Origin: Clostridiaceae bacterium
Lineage (GTDB): Bacteria > Bacillota > Clostridia > CAYPLH01 > DUMO01
Reading direction: 5' to 3'
Assembly (NCBI GenBank): GCA_012839865.1
Contig: DUMO01000041.1
Span: 4,883-68,882 of the forward strand
DNA length: 64,000 nucleotides
Part shown: one piece after another, positions 30,171 to 41,980 of the stretch
Layout of the letters: each line of letters begins with the position of its first letter
Position numbering within the stretch: the first letter of the stretch is position 1
Translations under genes and position numbers: made by a program
The notes under the pieces: model-generated
Database searches by the model: none
Told to the model about the DNA's origin: nothing
Seen by the model: the letters and a program-made list of their open reading frames with translations, nothing else

Positions 30171-30403
30171 TAGTTATCTCCTTATTTTTTTTGAATAATT
30201 TCTTTTACTTTGGAGTAAGCAATGTCTGCACAATTTTTTTCATATGCAAAATTAACATTCGGCTTATCTCTTTTGATGAAATAATGTATATACGAACAAG
30301 AGCCAGACTAACAATTACGTTTGCCTGGCTCTTTTTTGCAGTTAAAAACAGGGTTAATACAAATATAAGCCAGATTCACAGGTTATGCTCATCTGACTTC
30401 TGA

Positions 30404-30480
30404 TGGTGGGCCTTCAGGGACTCGAACCCCGGACCAACCGGTTATGAGCCGGTCGCTCTGACCAACTGAGCTAAAGGCCC
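30404..30480 (-). tRNA. tRNA with CAT anticodon, most likely tRNA-Ile2 (lysidine-modified)
   Basis: GGGCCTTTAGCTCAGTTGG...GGCTCATAACCG...AAGGCCCACCA. The body is Ile2-like and lacks the initiator GGG/CCC anticodon stem. Confidence 0.9.
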
Positions 30481-30483
30481 GTG

Positions 30484-30559
30484 TGGCTCCTCAAGTTGGA
30501 CTCGAACCAACGACCCTGCGGTTAACAGCCGCATGCTCTACCGACTGAGCTATTGAGGA
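30484..30559 (-). tRNA. tRNA-Asn (GTT)
   Basis: TCCTCAA/TTGAGGA acceptor; GCGGCTGTTAACCGC; GCCA end. Confidence 0.97.
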
Positions 30560-30851
30560 ATATACAAGCTTCTAAAGCCAAATAATATTATACTTGTAAG
30601 GCAATTATTCTTCAAAAGGAATTTTGGCGCTTTCCATCAGATTATGTTTATGTTGCTTGACATTACGCTATATTGCTATATGATACATCATTTTTCATAT
30701 GGGGGTATTGCTTCAGTGATATGTATTTCATGGTCAACCGGCCCCAATACAACTTTTGGACGACAGGTTTGGAAAAGCACCTGAAAAATTGCTCTTCGGA
30801 AGTTGTTTTCATATATAAGGGCATGAAAAAACTCGATTTTAAAATCGAGTT

Positions 30852-31928
30852 TTAATCCAGGTAATCTTTCAATTTCTTGCTTCTGCTTGGATGCCTCAGC
30901 TTTCTTAATGCTTTAGCTTCAATTTGCCTGATTCTTTCCCTTGTAACATTAAACTCTTTTCCTACCTCTTCAAGGGTACGAGCCCTACCGTCATCCAAAC
31001 CGAAACGAAGCCTCAGCACCTTTTCCTCTCTGGGTGTAAGGGTGTCAAGCACACCTATCAACTGTTCCTTCAACAATGTAAAAGCAGCCGTTTCTGCCGG
31101 CGCAGGCGCATCATCATCAGGTATGAAATCACCAAGGTGGCTGTCTTCTTCTTCTCCGATCGGGGTTTCCAATGATACCGGTTCTTGAGAGATTTTCATT
31201 ATTTCCCTGACCTTGTCAACCGACATATTCATTTCTGCAGCTATTTCTTCAGGTGTCGGTTCCCTGCCAAGTTCCTGCAACAGCTGTCTTGAAACTCTGA
31301 TTAGTTTGTTGATTGTTTCAACCATATGCACAGGTATTCTGATTGTTCTGGCCTGATCTGCAATAGCCCTTGTTATTGCCTGACGAATCCACCATGTTGC
31401 ATAAGTACTGAATTTAAATCCCTTTGTATAATCAAATTTTTCTACAGCTTTTATAAGACCCAAATTACCTTCCTGAATTAAGTCAAGGAAAAGCATTCCC
31501 CTTCCAACATACCTTTTAGCTATGCTGACAACCAGTCTGAGATTCGCTTCGGCAAGTCTTTTTTTGGCTTCAACACTTCCTTCTTCTATTTTCTGAGCAA
31601 GTTCCTTTTCTTCTTCTGCAGTCAGCAAAGGTACTTTCCCAATTTCTTTAAGATACATTCTTACAGGATCATCTATGCTAATACCTTCTGGTATGCTTAA
31701 ATCAAGATCTTCATCTGCATTCTGAATTTCTTCCATTTCAGCGTCAACATCGCCAACCAGGTCAATTCCGACATTTTCAACTGTCTCATATATCTTTTCA
31801 ATTTGCTCAGGATTTAAATCAATATCTTCAAAGGCATCTATGATTTCCTTGTATGTTAACATGCCTTTGGACTTGCCTCTTTCAACCAACTCTTTCAGAA
31901 TATTTCTTTTATTGCTGTTAACTTTCAT
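30852..31928 (-). CDS. rpoD: RNA polymerase primary sigma factor
   Basis: [53 protein letters not shown]. Confidence 0.99.
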   Translation of the reverse strand: MKVNSNKRNILKELVERGKSKGMLTYKEIIDAFEDIDLNPEQIEKIYETVENVGIDLVGDVDAEMEEIQNADEDLDLSIPEGISIDDPVRMYLKEIGKVPLLTAEEEKELAQKIEEGSVEAKKRLAEANLRLVVSIAKRYVGRGMLFLDLIQEGNLGLIKAVEKFDYTKGFKFSTYATWWIRQAITRAIADQARTIRIPVHMVETINKLIRVSRQLLQELGREPTPEEIAAEMNMSVDKVREIMKISQEPVSLETPIGEEEDSHLGDFIPDDDAPAPAETAAFTLLKEQLIGVLDTLTPREEKVLRLRFGLDDGRARTLEEVGKEFNVTRERIRQIEAKALRKLRHPSRSKKLKDYLD

Positions 31929-33726
31929 TTCCTTCCCCTCCTTTCTTCAGGAGTAATGTTTTTATCATAATAGATTTTAATTCTTGATTTAATTTTTCAA
32001 CATCTCCTTCATCCATTTGTGAATTCAATAGCTTTATTATTTCCTGCTTTCTTATATCAAGTCTATGTAACTCAATCTTATTTATTATATCCAAAACAGC
32101 CTTTCTAGTATCTTCACAATTGCAATCTTCCTGCATAACCCTTCCAAACTTGCCGGCCAGTTCCCCATCGGTAAAGTTCAGAAGCTCTGCTGCAACCAAT
32201 CCTTTATTGTCTGCCAGTCTATCGATTGCAAAATTTGCCACTTCCTTGTTTTCAGAGGTAAATTCATAATTTTCCAATTTGTCTTTTACAGCGAAATATG
32301 CATTGTTGTCCATGCTAAGAAGTGATAGTAATATTCTTTCATAATATGCTATTTTTTCTTCATCATGAACACTTTTTCCGCCTATGTTGCCGCTTGCAGC
32401 CTTTAAATTAACCGGCCTTTGTTTTATCAATTGCCTGGGCTGAATTTTTTTATACACTTCCTGGCTAAATGACTCCCTAGAAATATTATATTCCTCAGCC
32501 AGCTTAACTATATACATATCTCGTTCAACCCTGTTGTCTATTTTTGAAAGCAATTCAGCGCAACTGTTAAAAAACTCAACTTTTCCGTCTGTTGTCTTTG
32601 TATTATGCTGTTTTTTCAAAATTTCAATTTTATAATCAACAAGGGAAAGAGTTTTTTCCATGAGGTTTTGGAATGCTTTCCCGCCATACTTGTTGACAAA
32701 TTCATCAGGGTCTTTTCCTTCAGGTATTAACAATACCCTAACGTTGCAACCGATTTCGTTCAATATATCCAATCCTCTTACAGTAGCTGCCTGTCCTGCT
32801 GTATCTGCATCATATGAAATTATTACTTCTTCAAAATACTTTTTTAAAATTCTTCCCTGATCCACAGTCAAAGCAGTGCCAAGGGATGCAACAGCATTGC
32901 TGATTCCATTCTGATGCAGAGATATGACATCCATATAACCTTCTACCACCACTACTCTTTTTTCCCCCGAAGTTCTTGCAAAATTCATTGCATAGAGATT
33001 TTTTCTCTTGTTATACACTATAGATTCGGGAGAATTCAGGTATTTGGGACCTGATGAGTCAATGCTTCTTCCTCCGAATCCGATTACACTGCCCCTGACA
33101 TCAAAAATCGGAAATATTATTCTGTTTCTGAATCTGTCATAACACCCGCCTTTTTCACTTTTTATGGCAAGTCCGCTTTTGACAATTATTTCTTCATTGT
33201 AACCTGCCTTCGATAAGTACTTAAAAAGTTCATCTCCTTCATCGGAACAGTATCCGATGCCAAACTTAACAATTGTGCCTGGTGCAATGCCCCTTTCCTT
33301 CAGGTACAACAATGCTTTTTTTTGGGAAGTCTTGTCCTTCAGCTTGTTGTGAAAAAACCTTGCTGCTTCGGTGTTGATCTTAATTATTTTATTCTTCAGA
33401 ATATTCTTCTTATGGGTTTCCCGGTCTTCATCTTCAGGTAAGGTAATCCGCGCCCGGTTGGCAAGTAATTTTATCGCTTCAGGAAAATCCAGGTTTTCTA
33501 TATTCATGATAAACTGGATTACATTTCCACCTTTTCCGCAGCCAAAACAATTAAATATTTGTTTTGTTGGTGAAACTGAAAAAGATGGTGTTTTCTCTCT
33601 GTGAAAAGGACATAATCCAAAAAAATTTGATCCTTTTTTTTCTAGCCTGATATATTCTGAAATAACGTCTACGATATCATTACTTACTCTTACTTCTTCT
33701 ATTATGTCTTCTGAATAAAAAGCCAT
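31918..33726 (-). CDS. dnaG: DNA primase
   Basis: CPFH..KTPSF zinc finger; [11 protein letters not shown]; EGYMDVI; YDADTAG. Confidence 0.98.
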   Translation of the reverse strand: MAFYSEDIIEEVRVSNDIVDVISEYIRLEKKGSNFFGLCPFHREKTPSFSVSPTKQIFNCFGCGKGGNVIQFIMNIENLDFPEAIKLLANRARITLPEDEDRETHKKNILKNKIIKINTEAARFFHNKLKDKTSQKKALLYLKERGIAPGTIVKFGIGYCSDEGDELFKYLSKAGYNEEIIVKSGLAIKSEKGGCYDRFRNRIIFPIFDVRGSVIGFGGRSIDSSGPKYLNSPESIVYNKRKNLYAMNFARTSGEKRVVVVEGYMDVISLHQNGISNAVASLGTALTVDQGRILKKYFEEVIISYDADTAGQAATVRGLDILNEIGCNVRVLLIPEGKDPDEFVNKYGGKAFQNLMEKTLSLVDYKIEILKKQHNTKTTDGKVEFFNSCAELLSKIDNRVERDMYIVKLAEEYNISRESFSQEVYKKIQPRQLIKQRPVNLKAASGNIGGKSVHDEEKIAYYERILLSLLSMDNNAYFAVKDKLENYEFTSENKEVANFAIDRLADNKGLVAAELLNFTDGELAGKFGRVMQEDCNCEDTRKAVLDIINKIELHRLDIRKQEIIKLLNSQMDEGDVEKLNQELKSIMIKTLLLKKGGEGNES

Positions 33727-33799
33727 CTACCCACCGAACTTTCCAACCGACATATACTCCCCCGTAAGAAAAATTCCTGAATTACTTTATAATTTAATT

Positions 33800-33897
33800 G
33801 TTCGACATATTTGATAATAATCCTTCTTTTAATTTAAATTTAATATTCATCCCGCATTACAGTTTAAGTTATATTCTACATCAAAAGATTTTTTCCT
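33800..33897 (-). promoter_or_regulatory. Two tandem sigma-H-type promoters upstream of dnaG-rpoD
   Basis: Minus strand AGGA-N17-GAAT (33873-33897) and AGGA-N17-GAAC (33800-33824). The second overlaps TGTCGAA, a Spo0A-box match. Confidence 0.5.
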
Positions 33898-34096
33898 TCT
33901 TCTTGATTTAACTTTTTGATAAATTTTTAACATGGCAATCCCTTGGAAAACATTTAGTATTGAAGACCGCAGCCCTTTATGTTAGTATTTAAATACTCGC
34001 GCTAACATTAGAGATTCCATCTTAATGGATAATATATTTTACCACATTATTCACATACGTAAACTTTATTTTTGGGGATTGGGGAGAAGTGAGGCA

Positions 34097-34369
34097 ATGC
34101 ATGCAAATTTGAAACAAAGCTTTAAAAAGATCGCAATGGAACTGAGCAAACTTGGAAGTCCGTCAAAGAAGATTATAAAAATCGGAACCTGGTTATTTTT
34201 AGGGTTATTAACCATAGGAGCCCTTTTGAAAGTACTTAACCATACTGTATTCGGATATGATTGGTATTATGAGCATCTGTCAATTTCAATAATTAAAACA
34301 AGTTTCACAATGTTTGCAGAAGCTGTAATAGGCGGCATATTGATTGATTTTTTTCTTAAGAGGCTGTGA
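34097..34369 (+). CDS. Hypothetical two-TM membrane protein
   Basis: Two hydrophobic segments; ATG 34097 after GGGGAG..GAGG (the track starts at 34025). Confidence 0.65.
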   Translation: MHANLKQSFKKIAMELSKLGSPSKKIIKIGTWLFLGLLTIGALLKVLNHTVFGYDWYYEHLSISIIKTSFTMFAEAVIGGILIDFFLKRL

Positions 34370-34616
34370 AGCTGAAAAAGCACTTTTTTTATAACCGCAG
34401 ACGGGGAATTTCTTGTACTTATCAAGTGTTTCAAAAAACTGACTAATTTAACAGTAAAGCAGCCTGGTTACAGGCTGCTTCATTAATATACATCTTTCTT
34501 GCCATACTTCTTTTTTTGCTTGAATTATATAAATCACTTGTTCTATAAAAGTCAGACTGCTTTCAGCTTTCAAATTTCTGCTTTCCACTTTACTCAAACC
34601 GTTTGCTGACTTAAAC

Positions 34617-35558
34617 TTACACCTTTTTGGCAACTACTTTTCTCTGTCGGCTTTCCCTCCAGGCAGCCCACATGGGACCTGCTAAAAAGATTGAGGAATA
34701 AGTACCGGCCACAAGCCCTACAAGTATGGGAAAAGTAAACCCCTTGATTGATTGAATGTTATAATAAAATGAAAACAAATATAGGGTTGATATACAAATC
34801 AATGTGGTTGCAGCAGTGTTGATGGACCTTGTTAATGTCTGCGAAATACTTATATTAACCAGTTCCGTATTTGTTGCCCTTTTAAGCAGTTTTCGGTTTT
34901 CTCTGATTCTGTCATAAACAACAATTGTATTATTGATTGAATAACCAAGTATTGTTAATATTGCTGCAATAAAGGATTCATTCAGAGGCAATTGGAAAAG
35001 GGTATAAGTTGCAAACATTACCAATGCATCGTGTATGAGTGCTATTAATGCAGAAACAGCAGCGGACAAACCAGACATAATTCTAAATCTCCACCATATA
35101 TAAAGCACTATAAGAACGGAAGCGACTACTGCAGCCTTTATACCGTTTCTTTTCAGCTCTGCGCCTATAAAGGGCTCAACACTCTGCATTTCAATGGCAG
35201 CATCCTCTTTTATATTAAACTCTTTCCTCAATGCATCAACCACATTATTTCTCTCATCATCGGTCAGGGTTTCGGAACTTGATATTCTTAGCTGAAGCAT
35301 ATAAATAACCTTATTGTCCTCAGCATTTATGGTTTGCAATTTCTGAGCGGAGGCTGCCTTATTGACCGCTTCCTTAAACACTTCTTCCGCCCTTGCCACA
35401 TCAAAGTTCCCATCGTTCATCTCTATCTGCAAAAGTGTTCCGCCTTCAAACTGGATATCCATTTGAAGACCGTTTACAAAGTAGCTTATAATCCCGGCAA
35501 TCAGTATTAAAGCTGAAATTATAAAAAAGTAATTCCTTTTTCCTACAAAATCAAACAT
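34617..35558 (-). CDS. secF: Protein translocase subunit SecF
   Basis: IQFEGGT, LIHDAL, LGYSINNTIVVYDRIRE, TLTRSINT. Confidence 0.97.
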   Translation of the reverse strand: MFDFVGKRNYFFIISALILIAGIISYFVNGLQMDIQFEGGTLLQIEMNDGNFDVARAEEVFKEAVNKAASAQKLQTINAEDNKVIYMLQLRISSSETLTDDERNNVVDALRKEFNIKEDAAIEMQSVEPFIGAELKRNGIKAAVVASVLIVLYIWWRFRIMSGLSAAVSALIALIHDALVMFATYTLFQLPLNESFIAAILTILGYSINNTIVVYDRIRENRKLLKRATNTELVNISISQTLTRSINTAATTLICISTLYLFSFYYNIQSIKGFTFPILVGLVAGTYSSIFLAGPMWAAWRESRQRKVVAKKV

Positions 35559-35570
35559 CTTCGCACCTCC

Positions 35571-36854
35571 TTAAGCCCCGTACAACCATTTATTTTTAGC
35601 AAAACTCAAACTGGTTGTCGATCTGACCATTATCTTTGAAGCAGCAATGGCTGTCAGGAAACTTAACATTACACCGAGAAACAGTGTAACTGCAAAGCCT
35701 TTTATAGGTCCTGTGCCAAAAACATACAAAACAGCGGCTGACATCAATGTTGTTACATTACTGTCCAAAATAGCGGTAAACGCTCTCTTAAAACCCAATT
35801 CTACGGATGCTCCCAAAGTCTTGCCGCTTTTCAGCTCTTCTTTTATTCTTTCATTAATGATTACATTGGCATCAACACCCGTACCGATTGAGAGAATAAT
35901 ACCGGCAATTCCCGGCAGTGTAAGGGTAATACCTGCCCAGGAAATAATAAGCAGCTGCCCTGCCACCAAACCAAGCAACGCTATACAGGACAATAAACCA
36001 GGAAGCCTGTAATATAAAATCATATATAAGAATACAAGAATCAACGAAACAAATCCGGCCAGTATCGTAACGCTCAAGGCATTTTCACCAAGTGTGGGGC
36101 TAATGGAGTTGACCTGTTTTGCTTCAAGCCTGAAAGGCAAAGCACCTGACTTGATAATGTAAGCCAGCTCTCCCGCCTCCTTGGGAGTGAAATTTCCTTC
36201 TATGGTAGCAGTGCCCCCTGAAATTTTTGTCTGAACCACAGGATCCGATATAAACTGATCATCCATAAAAATTGCTATTGGTTTTCCTATCAGCCTTCCG
36301 GTGGCTTCTTCAAACTTCTTGCCACCTTCTTCAGTAAGTTCAAGGACTACCACTATTTGCCCGGTGTCCGGATGTTTGGCAACTCCGGTGTCCTTTACAT
36401 CAGTTCCCTGTATAACAATCCTGCCTGTCGGCAGCGGATCACCGTTTTCATCCAATTTATCTTCGTCAACTTCCTGAAAAGTAAGAAGGGCTGTCTTTCC
36501 TATATCGTCAATGGTAGCCTGGGGATTGAAGTCAGTTTCGCCTTTCCCCCATGGGATGGAAACAATGATTCTTCCATTCTCTGTCTCGGTGGTAACTTCC
36601 CTGTCGAAAATTCCTTTTCCGTCAAGCCTTTTTTCAATGATGGTCCGGGCAGTTTCCAGATCTTCTTCTGAAGGGTTTTCTACATCAGGATACAAAATCG
36701 CATTTACACCGCCCCGAATGTCGGTGCCGAATCTGATATCGTTTACACCTGGAATTTCCCATCCGAATAGATTCAAGCCAAATGCGGCTATATAGGTAAA
36801 AAGCGTGATAATCAATACCGTAATTATCAGCCCAAGTGCATTATTACCTCTCAT
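35571..36854 (-). CDS. secD: Protein translocase subunit SecD
   Basis: GTDIRGG, SGALP, ISPTLG, LTLPGIAG, VDANVIINERIKEE. Confidence 0.97.
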   Translation of the reverse strand: MRGNNALGLIITVLIITLFTYIAAFGLNLFGWEIPGVNDIRFGTDIRGGVNAILYPDVENPSEEDLETARTIIEKRLDGKGIFDREVTTETENGRIIVSIPWGKGETDFNPQATIDDIGKTALLTFQEVDEDKLDENGDPLPTGRIVIQGTDVKDTGVAKHPDTGQIVVVLELTEEGGKKFEEATGRLIGKPIAIFMDDQFISDPVVQTKISGGTATIEGNFTPKEAGELAYIIKSGALPFRLEAKQVNSISPTLGENALSVTILAGFVSLILVFLYMILYYRLPGLLSCIALLGLVAGQLLIISWAGITLTLPGIAGIILSIGTGVDANVIINERIKEELKSGKTLGASVELGFKRAFTAILDSNVTTLMSAAVLYVFGTGPIKGFAVTLFLGVMLSFLTAIAASKIMVRSTTSLSFAKNKWLYGA

Positions 36855-36955
36855 TTTTCGAATTTCCTCCTTATCATGTCCTCTTCTGCTTGCACGAAAG
36901 TATTATATACTTTGTAAAAATTGACGTCAATACATCACATGTTTCCCTGTTTATT

Positions 36956-38305
36956 TCATATTTGTGTTTTTATCCAAATTGCACATTCCAGCCTTTTTTT
37001 CTCCATTTCACAGCCTATTCTGTAAGGGACGTTGATATCTTCGTTGAACTGGTATGAATTTGCCGCACATCCCCCGCTGCAGTAGAACTTCGCCCAGCAC
37101 TTTTGACATTCCGGTCTGGAGTATACGTTGGATTTCTTGAAAGTATCAGATATAATTTCATTTATCGACCCATCCATGATATTTCCCATTTTAAATTCGG
37201 GCTTGCCTACAAACTGATGGCAGGGGTAAATATCCCCCTCCGGAGTTATGGCAAGATACTCATGGCCTGAGCCGCATCCGCTTATACGCTTTATAACACA
37301 GGGTCCCTGGCTTAAATCAATCATAAAATGAAAGAAATTGAAAAACTGCCCGGACTTTCTTCTGTTCACATACTCAAAAGCAAGCTTTTCATACTCGGAG
37401 AGAACTTTTTCAAGGTCTTCCTCCCGTATGTCGTATCCTGTATCTTTTGCTGCCACAACGGGCTCAATTGATATTTGATCAAAACCTTCATCGGCAAGGT
37501 GAAAAACATCCTCTGAAAAATCAAGGTTGTTTCTGGTGAAGGTTCCCCGTACATAATAATTCTGCCCATTCCTTGATTTTACAATATCCTTTATGCGAGG
37601 AAGGATTCTGTCATAACAGCCTGACCCGTCGCAAAAAACACGCATCCTGTCATTTATCTCCCTGCGGCCGTCAATGCTTAAAACAATATTATAAAAATGC
37701 TTGTTTATAAACTCCATATCCTCTTTTTTCATCAAGGTTCCGTTGGTTGTTATGGTAAACCGGAAAACTTTACCCGCACTCTTTTCCCTTTCCCTGGCAT
37801 ACAGTACTATTTTTCGCACCGTATCAAAATTGAGCATGGGCTCTCCACCAAAAAAATCCACCTCCAAGTTTCTCCTGTTGCCGGATTTTTCAATTAGAAA
37901 GTCAATTGCCTTAATGCCAACCTCTTCGGGCATCATGGTTCTTGCGCCGCCAAAATTTCCGGTGGAGGCAAAGCAGTATTTGCACCTTAAATTGCAGTCA
38001 TGGGAAATATGAAGGCACAATGCCTTGACGACAGGCTCTCTTTTCAGATTGGCGACATAGTCTTCATAAATATCCTCTGAAAACAAAAGACCTTCTTCCA
38101 CCAGAGTATTCAACTCCTCCAGGGCTTCCAAAACTTCTTTTTCCTCATACTTTCCGGTAAACTTTCCGATAATTTCTTCTTTGCTTGCCTTACCCAAATA
38201 GTCAAGGAGTTCATATGCAAGGTTGTCCAGCACATGCACCGCCCCACTGTTGACATCTGCAACTATATTTGTCCCAAACATCGAGAATTTGTGTATCACA
38301 CACAT
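36956..38305 (-). CDS. scfB: SCIFF ranthipeptide radical SAM/SPASM maturase
   Basis: CNLRCKYC, FFGGEP, SPASM cysteines (GCGSG, YPCHQF, CQKCWAKFYCSGGC); next to scfA. Confidence 0.95.
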   Translation of the reverse strand: MCVIHKFSMFGTNIVADVNSGAVHVLDNLAYELLDYLGKASKEEIIGKFTGKYEEKEVLEALEELNTLVEEGLLFSEDIYEDYVANLKREPVVKALCLHISHDCNLRCKYCFASTGNFGGARTMMPEEVGIKAIDFLIEKSGNRRNLEVDFFGGEPMLNFDTVRKIVLYAREREKSAGKVFRFTITTNGTLMKKEDMEFINKHFYNIVLSIDGRREINDRMRVFCDGSGCYDRILPRIKDIVKSRNGQNYYVRGTFTRNNLDFSEDVFHLADEGFDQISIEPVVAAKDTGYDIREEDLEKVLSEYEKLAFEYVNRRKSGQFFNFFHFMIDLSQGPCVIKRISGCGSGHEYLAITPEGDIYPCHQFVGKPEFKMGNIMDGSINEIISDTFKKSNVYSRPECQKCWAKFYCSGGCAANSYQFNEDINVPYRIGCEMEKKRLECAIWIKTQI

Positions 38306-38637
38306 TCAGCCTCTCTAAATATAAATAGTAAACATCCTGCTGCCGCTTTTCGGGCAAACTCCCTGAAGAGCCCCCGGAAAGCAGCAGTTTAAAATAAGTA
38401 AATTTTAAATTCTTTTAATACCCATTGGGTCCTGTAACTCCACACAGAACTGAATTTCTGTGAATCTGACCTTTTTGGCATACTCCCGGGCAATAATTTA
38501 AAATTGGCATAAAAAAATACCTAAATCGGCAGGTTCTTTAAAAGACACGCTTCATTCATAAATAAGATTGCCTGGTTTAAAATAAAATACTCAGGGGCGA
38601 ACAGCAAGTGCCCCTATCTGATAACTATTACCCTATA

Positions 38638-38778
38638 TTATTTCTTTTCACAACTCTGATTTGCAACTGTGCATGAAGTCTTGCAAGCAGACTGGCATGA
38701 TGTCTGGCATTCGCCGCATCCGCCTTTTTTCAGGCTGCTGTTCAAGGTTGATCCGTTAACAGTTTTAACATGTTTCAT
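38638..38778 (-). CDS. scfA: Six-cysteine ranthipeptide precursor SCIFF (46 aa)
   Basis: Not in the ORF track. MKHVKTVNGSTLNSSLKKGGCGECQTSCQSACKTSCTVANQSCEKK; RBS GGAGGG. Confidence 0.97.
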   Translation of the reverse strand: MKHVKTVNGSTLNSSLKKGGCGECQTSCQSACKTSCTVANQSCEKK

Positions 38779-38989
38779 ATGAAAGCCCTCCTGTAGTCAT
38801 TTTTTCAAGTCACATTATAGCACATTAAAATCATTATTGAAAGAATTATTTACCGGTGAAGCTTTTGGATAATTTCAGATTATTGTTTTGTCTGCATGCA
38901 TTTCATTCAACTGTAGTGGTTGCTCATAATAACTGAATTGCATTATCCAATAATAAGATGAATTGGATTGCCCGATAATGAGAAAAAAA

Positions 38990-40745
38990 TCAACTGTACA
39001 ACTGCCTGTACTGTCCCAGGGTCAGACCCTCGCTGTTCTTAAACTTGCGGCTGAAGTTTGAAACGTCTATATAACCTACATCTTTTACTATATCCTGTAT
39101 CTTCTTATCGGTTTCCCTCAACTGGCGTTTTACTTCTTCCATCCTGAGCATGGTTACAAACTGGACAAAGCTGCACAGGGTTTCTTCCTTCAATATGGCA
39201 TTAATCCTTGATTTTGTTATACCGAGGGTTGAAGATACAAACTCAAGTGAAAAGTCGCTTCGACAGTAATTATCCTTGATAAAGGCAAGTACCTTGCTCT
39301 TAATCATGGTATTGTGAAGTTCCCTCTTGGATTTGATTTCATTGCAAACAACGTCGATTATGGTGCTTACTTGCTCTTTGAATTCAATTAGAGAATTAAA
39401 TGTAGCACATTTATCCATGATATCCGAATCAATGGTTATACCTTCCTGTGACAGGAGTTTAATTATCATGTTCAGGATGTCGAAGCACTGCAGCTGCATA
39501 ATAGTAAAAGAGCTGCAATGCCTTTGCATTTGCTGAACAATTGTATCAAGAGCCGAAAGGGCTACTTGCTCATTTCCATGCTGCATACCTTCAATCAGCA
39601 GTGATTTATCCATTGTAGAGAAGCAATAATCAACGTAGTCAGACATTGTATCCTTTTTATAAAGGAATATATAATGTTCTTCATTTTGCAAGGCTGTCTG
39701 GAGCGCTGCATTTGCTTCAATATATGATAGATAAATTTCCATGGGGCTGTCGTAAATGGACCCGACACCTACCATTATATTATTGATGCCCTGGGATGTT
39801 AAAACACTCCATATTTTATTGGCTATTTCATATCGTGTGGTGTCATCCTGGCTGCCATCGTAATTGCAAACATATGATATACTTTCTTCAAGCAACATCT
39901 CAGTAACATAAATATGGGCATTGGGGAAACCAATGTTGTCGCTGGCGCTGATGATTTGTTCCATTTGCAGTTCTTTATTCTGACTGTTGAACAGGGATAT
40001 AACTATAACAAGGTTATTGCTCTTGTCAAATTTAAGGTCGGTGTATGATTCAATATATTCCAACTCATTAATGCTGCTGCATTTGCCACTGATCAGCTTG
40101 TATAAAAACTGATTCTTTACAATGCGGTTTTGCTGGTCCAACTGTACCGAAAGCAGCATTTTTTCATTGACCGTCTTATTATAGAAGTTTTTAATAATTT
40201 CAAGCTCATTTACGTTGTCAAAATTCGCCTTTTGCCCGGTAATATCATAGATGAGGCTTTTTATGGGCCTGTAGTTGTAATATGCCATCATCAGGGCAAA
40301 AAATATGCAAAGAAGCATTAGTGCCCCTCCGAGCAGGAAGAAGGGATATTTGGTATCAAAATTCTTACTATAAAACTCCTTTTCATCCATAGCCACTATA
40401 TATGTCAGTCCAAGCTCTTCAGAAATACTTCGCATAAGAATCAGCTTTTTATTATTAATTTTCTGATGCAGCAAACCTGTTCCTTTTATTCTTCTGGCAT
40501 TATCAACCGTGAGAGATTTGTATTGCTCCTCTGATGCAGCATTGCTGTATACAAGATTTAAATTCCTGTTGAATATATAAATATCTCCATTAAATGAGCC
40601 CATGGCATCTTCAAATATATTAAAGAAATAGTCTTCCTTTATCAGGAATACTATGTTTGAATGCACCTGGCTTCCCAAATGCGGCAAAGGAAATATATAT
40701 GCAATAATTCCCTTGTCCTGGGTTATATCAAGGAAATTCTGACTT
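38990..40745 (-). pseudogene. 5'-truncated membrane-sensor AraC regulator (YesS-like)
   Basis: Intact C-terminal AraC HTH (VGYIDVSNFSRKFK) and one TM followed by YRPI. The track start (TTG 40777) lies inside a terminator hairpin with no RBS; the first TM and N-terminus are missing. Confidence 0.65.
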
Positions 40746-40756
40746 AAAAACATTGC

Positions 40757-40795
40757 AAAAAGAAGGGAGCTGCCCAAAGCTATTCAGGCAGCTCC
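40757..40795 (-). terminator. Intrinsic terminator after the SBP fragment
   Basis: ggagctgcc (40766-40774) / ggcagctcc (40787-40795), followed by CTTCTTTTT on the minus strand. Confidence 0.75.
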
Positions 40796-40841
40796 TCTGA
40801 CCACTTTTTTATTTTTTTGGGGGATACATTTTGAAGATATT

Positions 40842-41027
40842 TTATTGGCCTATATATCTGTTATATGCATTCTGAGTAATTTGAATCGCTTCTTCTATGC
40901 CATATGCTTTCAACTGGGCAACATAAGCATCAAAGTTTGCCAGCGGTTCAGCACCCATGATAAACCTGAGAACCATTTCATCACTGTAGGTATTCACTTG
41001 TGTCATAATAAGTGAACGCCTGTCAAG
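40842..41027 (-). pseudogene. C-terminal fragment of an extracellular solute-binding protein
   Basis: Hand translation LDRRSLIMTQVNTYSDEMVLRFIMGAEPLANFDAYVAQLKAYGIEEAIQITQNAYNRYIGQ*, a typical LplA/YtcQ-type SBP tail. An in-frame stop lies immediately upstream. Confidence 0.7.
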
Positions 41028-41731
41028 TTAACCCCATCACGGTATACCGGAACAACAGGTGAAGTGTCCAGGCTCAGGCATACTTCTATATCTTTATCGA
41101 ACCCCAGTCCGACCAGACGGGAGTAATGAAGTGTATTCCTTAATATCCCGGCAAGGTTGTCCCTGTTTTTCTCATACATAAAACAACCTGCCAAACCAAG
41201 GTCATCCAGTTTTACATCAAGTTCATTTTTTAATTGGCTTGCAATTGCTCCTGCAGCAAGTATATCTTCCAGGGAAAAACGGCCGTCGGTCCCTGCGCAT
41301 ATAATCGCCAAATCCTGTCCTTTCTCCTTAATATAATCACATACCCGGGTTACATTAAGAAAAGAAGCAATAACAATATCTCTGGCTTCTGACGCCTTTC
41401 TAATTGCTTTGGTGCCATTTGTGGTGGTAAATATGATGGTTTTTCCCTCAACCGCATCACGGGTATATTCCCTGGGAGAATTGGACAAATGGAACCCTTC
41501 AATTTTTTGTGCGAACCGCTCTCCTCCCAGAAGAAAGGTCCCGGGGTCATAATTTTTTGCAATGCTGAGGGCTTCTTCGATATCAACCACCGGAATAACT
41601 TTACTGCAGCCGTTGTAAAGGGCTGTAGTTATGGTACTGGTGGCACGAAGAACATCTATTACTACTGCCGTTCTCTCTTTTAAAAATGCTTCCTGAATAC
41701 CGGACGGTGTTGCAAACAGATCTACTTTCAT
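41003..41731 (-). CDS. comB: 2-phosphosulfolactate phosphatase-family protein
   Basis: VVIDVLRATSTI, GGER, NSP, TTTNGT, FSLED. The last residues derive from the SBP fragment. Confidence 0.9.
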   Translation of the reverse strand: MKVDLFATPSGIQEAFLKERTAVVIDVLRATSTITTALYNGCSKVIPVVDIEEALSIAKNYDPGTFLLGGERFAQKIEGFHLSNSPREYTRDAVEGKTIIFTTTNGTKAIRKASEARDIVIASFLNVTRVCDYIKEKGQDLAIICAGTDGRFSLEDILAAGAIASQLKNELDVKLDDLGLAGCFMYEKNRDNLAGILRNTLHYSRLVGLGFDKDIEVCLSLDTSPVVPVYRDGVNLTGVHLL

Positions 41732-41980
41732 GATTTCCTCCTGAATTATGTTTCAACTGTAATGTTATAGTTTGGAATCAGCCAAAGAATATTATAAGAC
41801 TGTGAACCTTAATATGACATTTATAAATGCTAACACGAAACATAAAAAATGTAAAGCAAAAAATTGCAAATTAAAGCCAACCCCGATTGGCCTAGAGGTT
41901 ACTGTTCAGACGACTGTTAAATAAACCTGCAATACACCATTGACAAGAAATCAGCTGAAATGAATGAAATGTATACAGAA

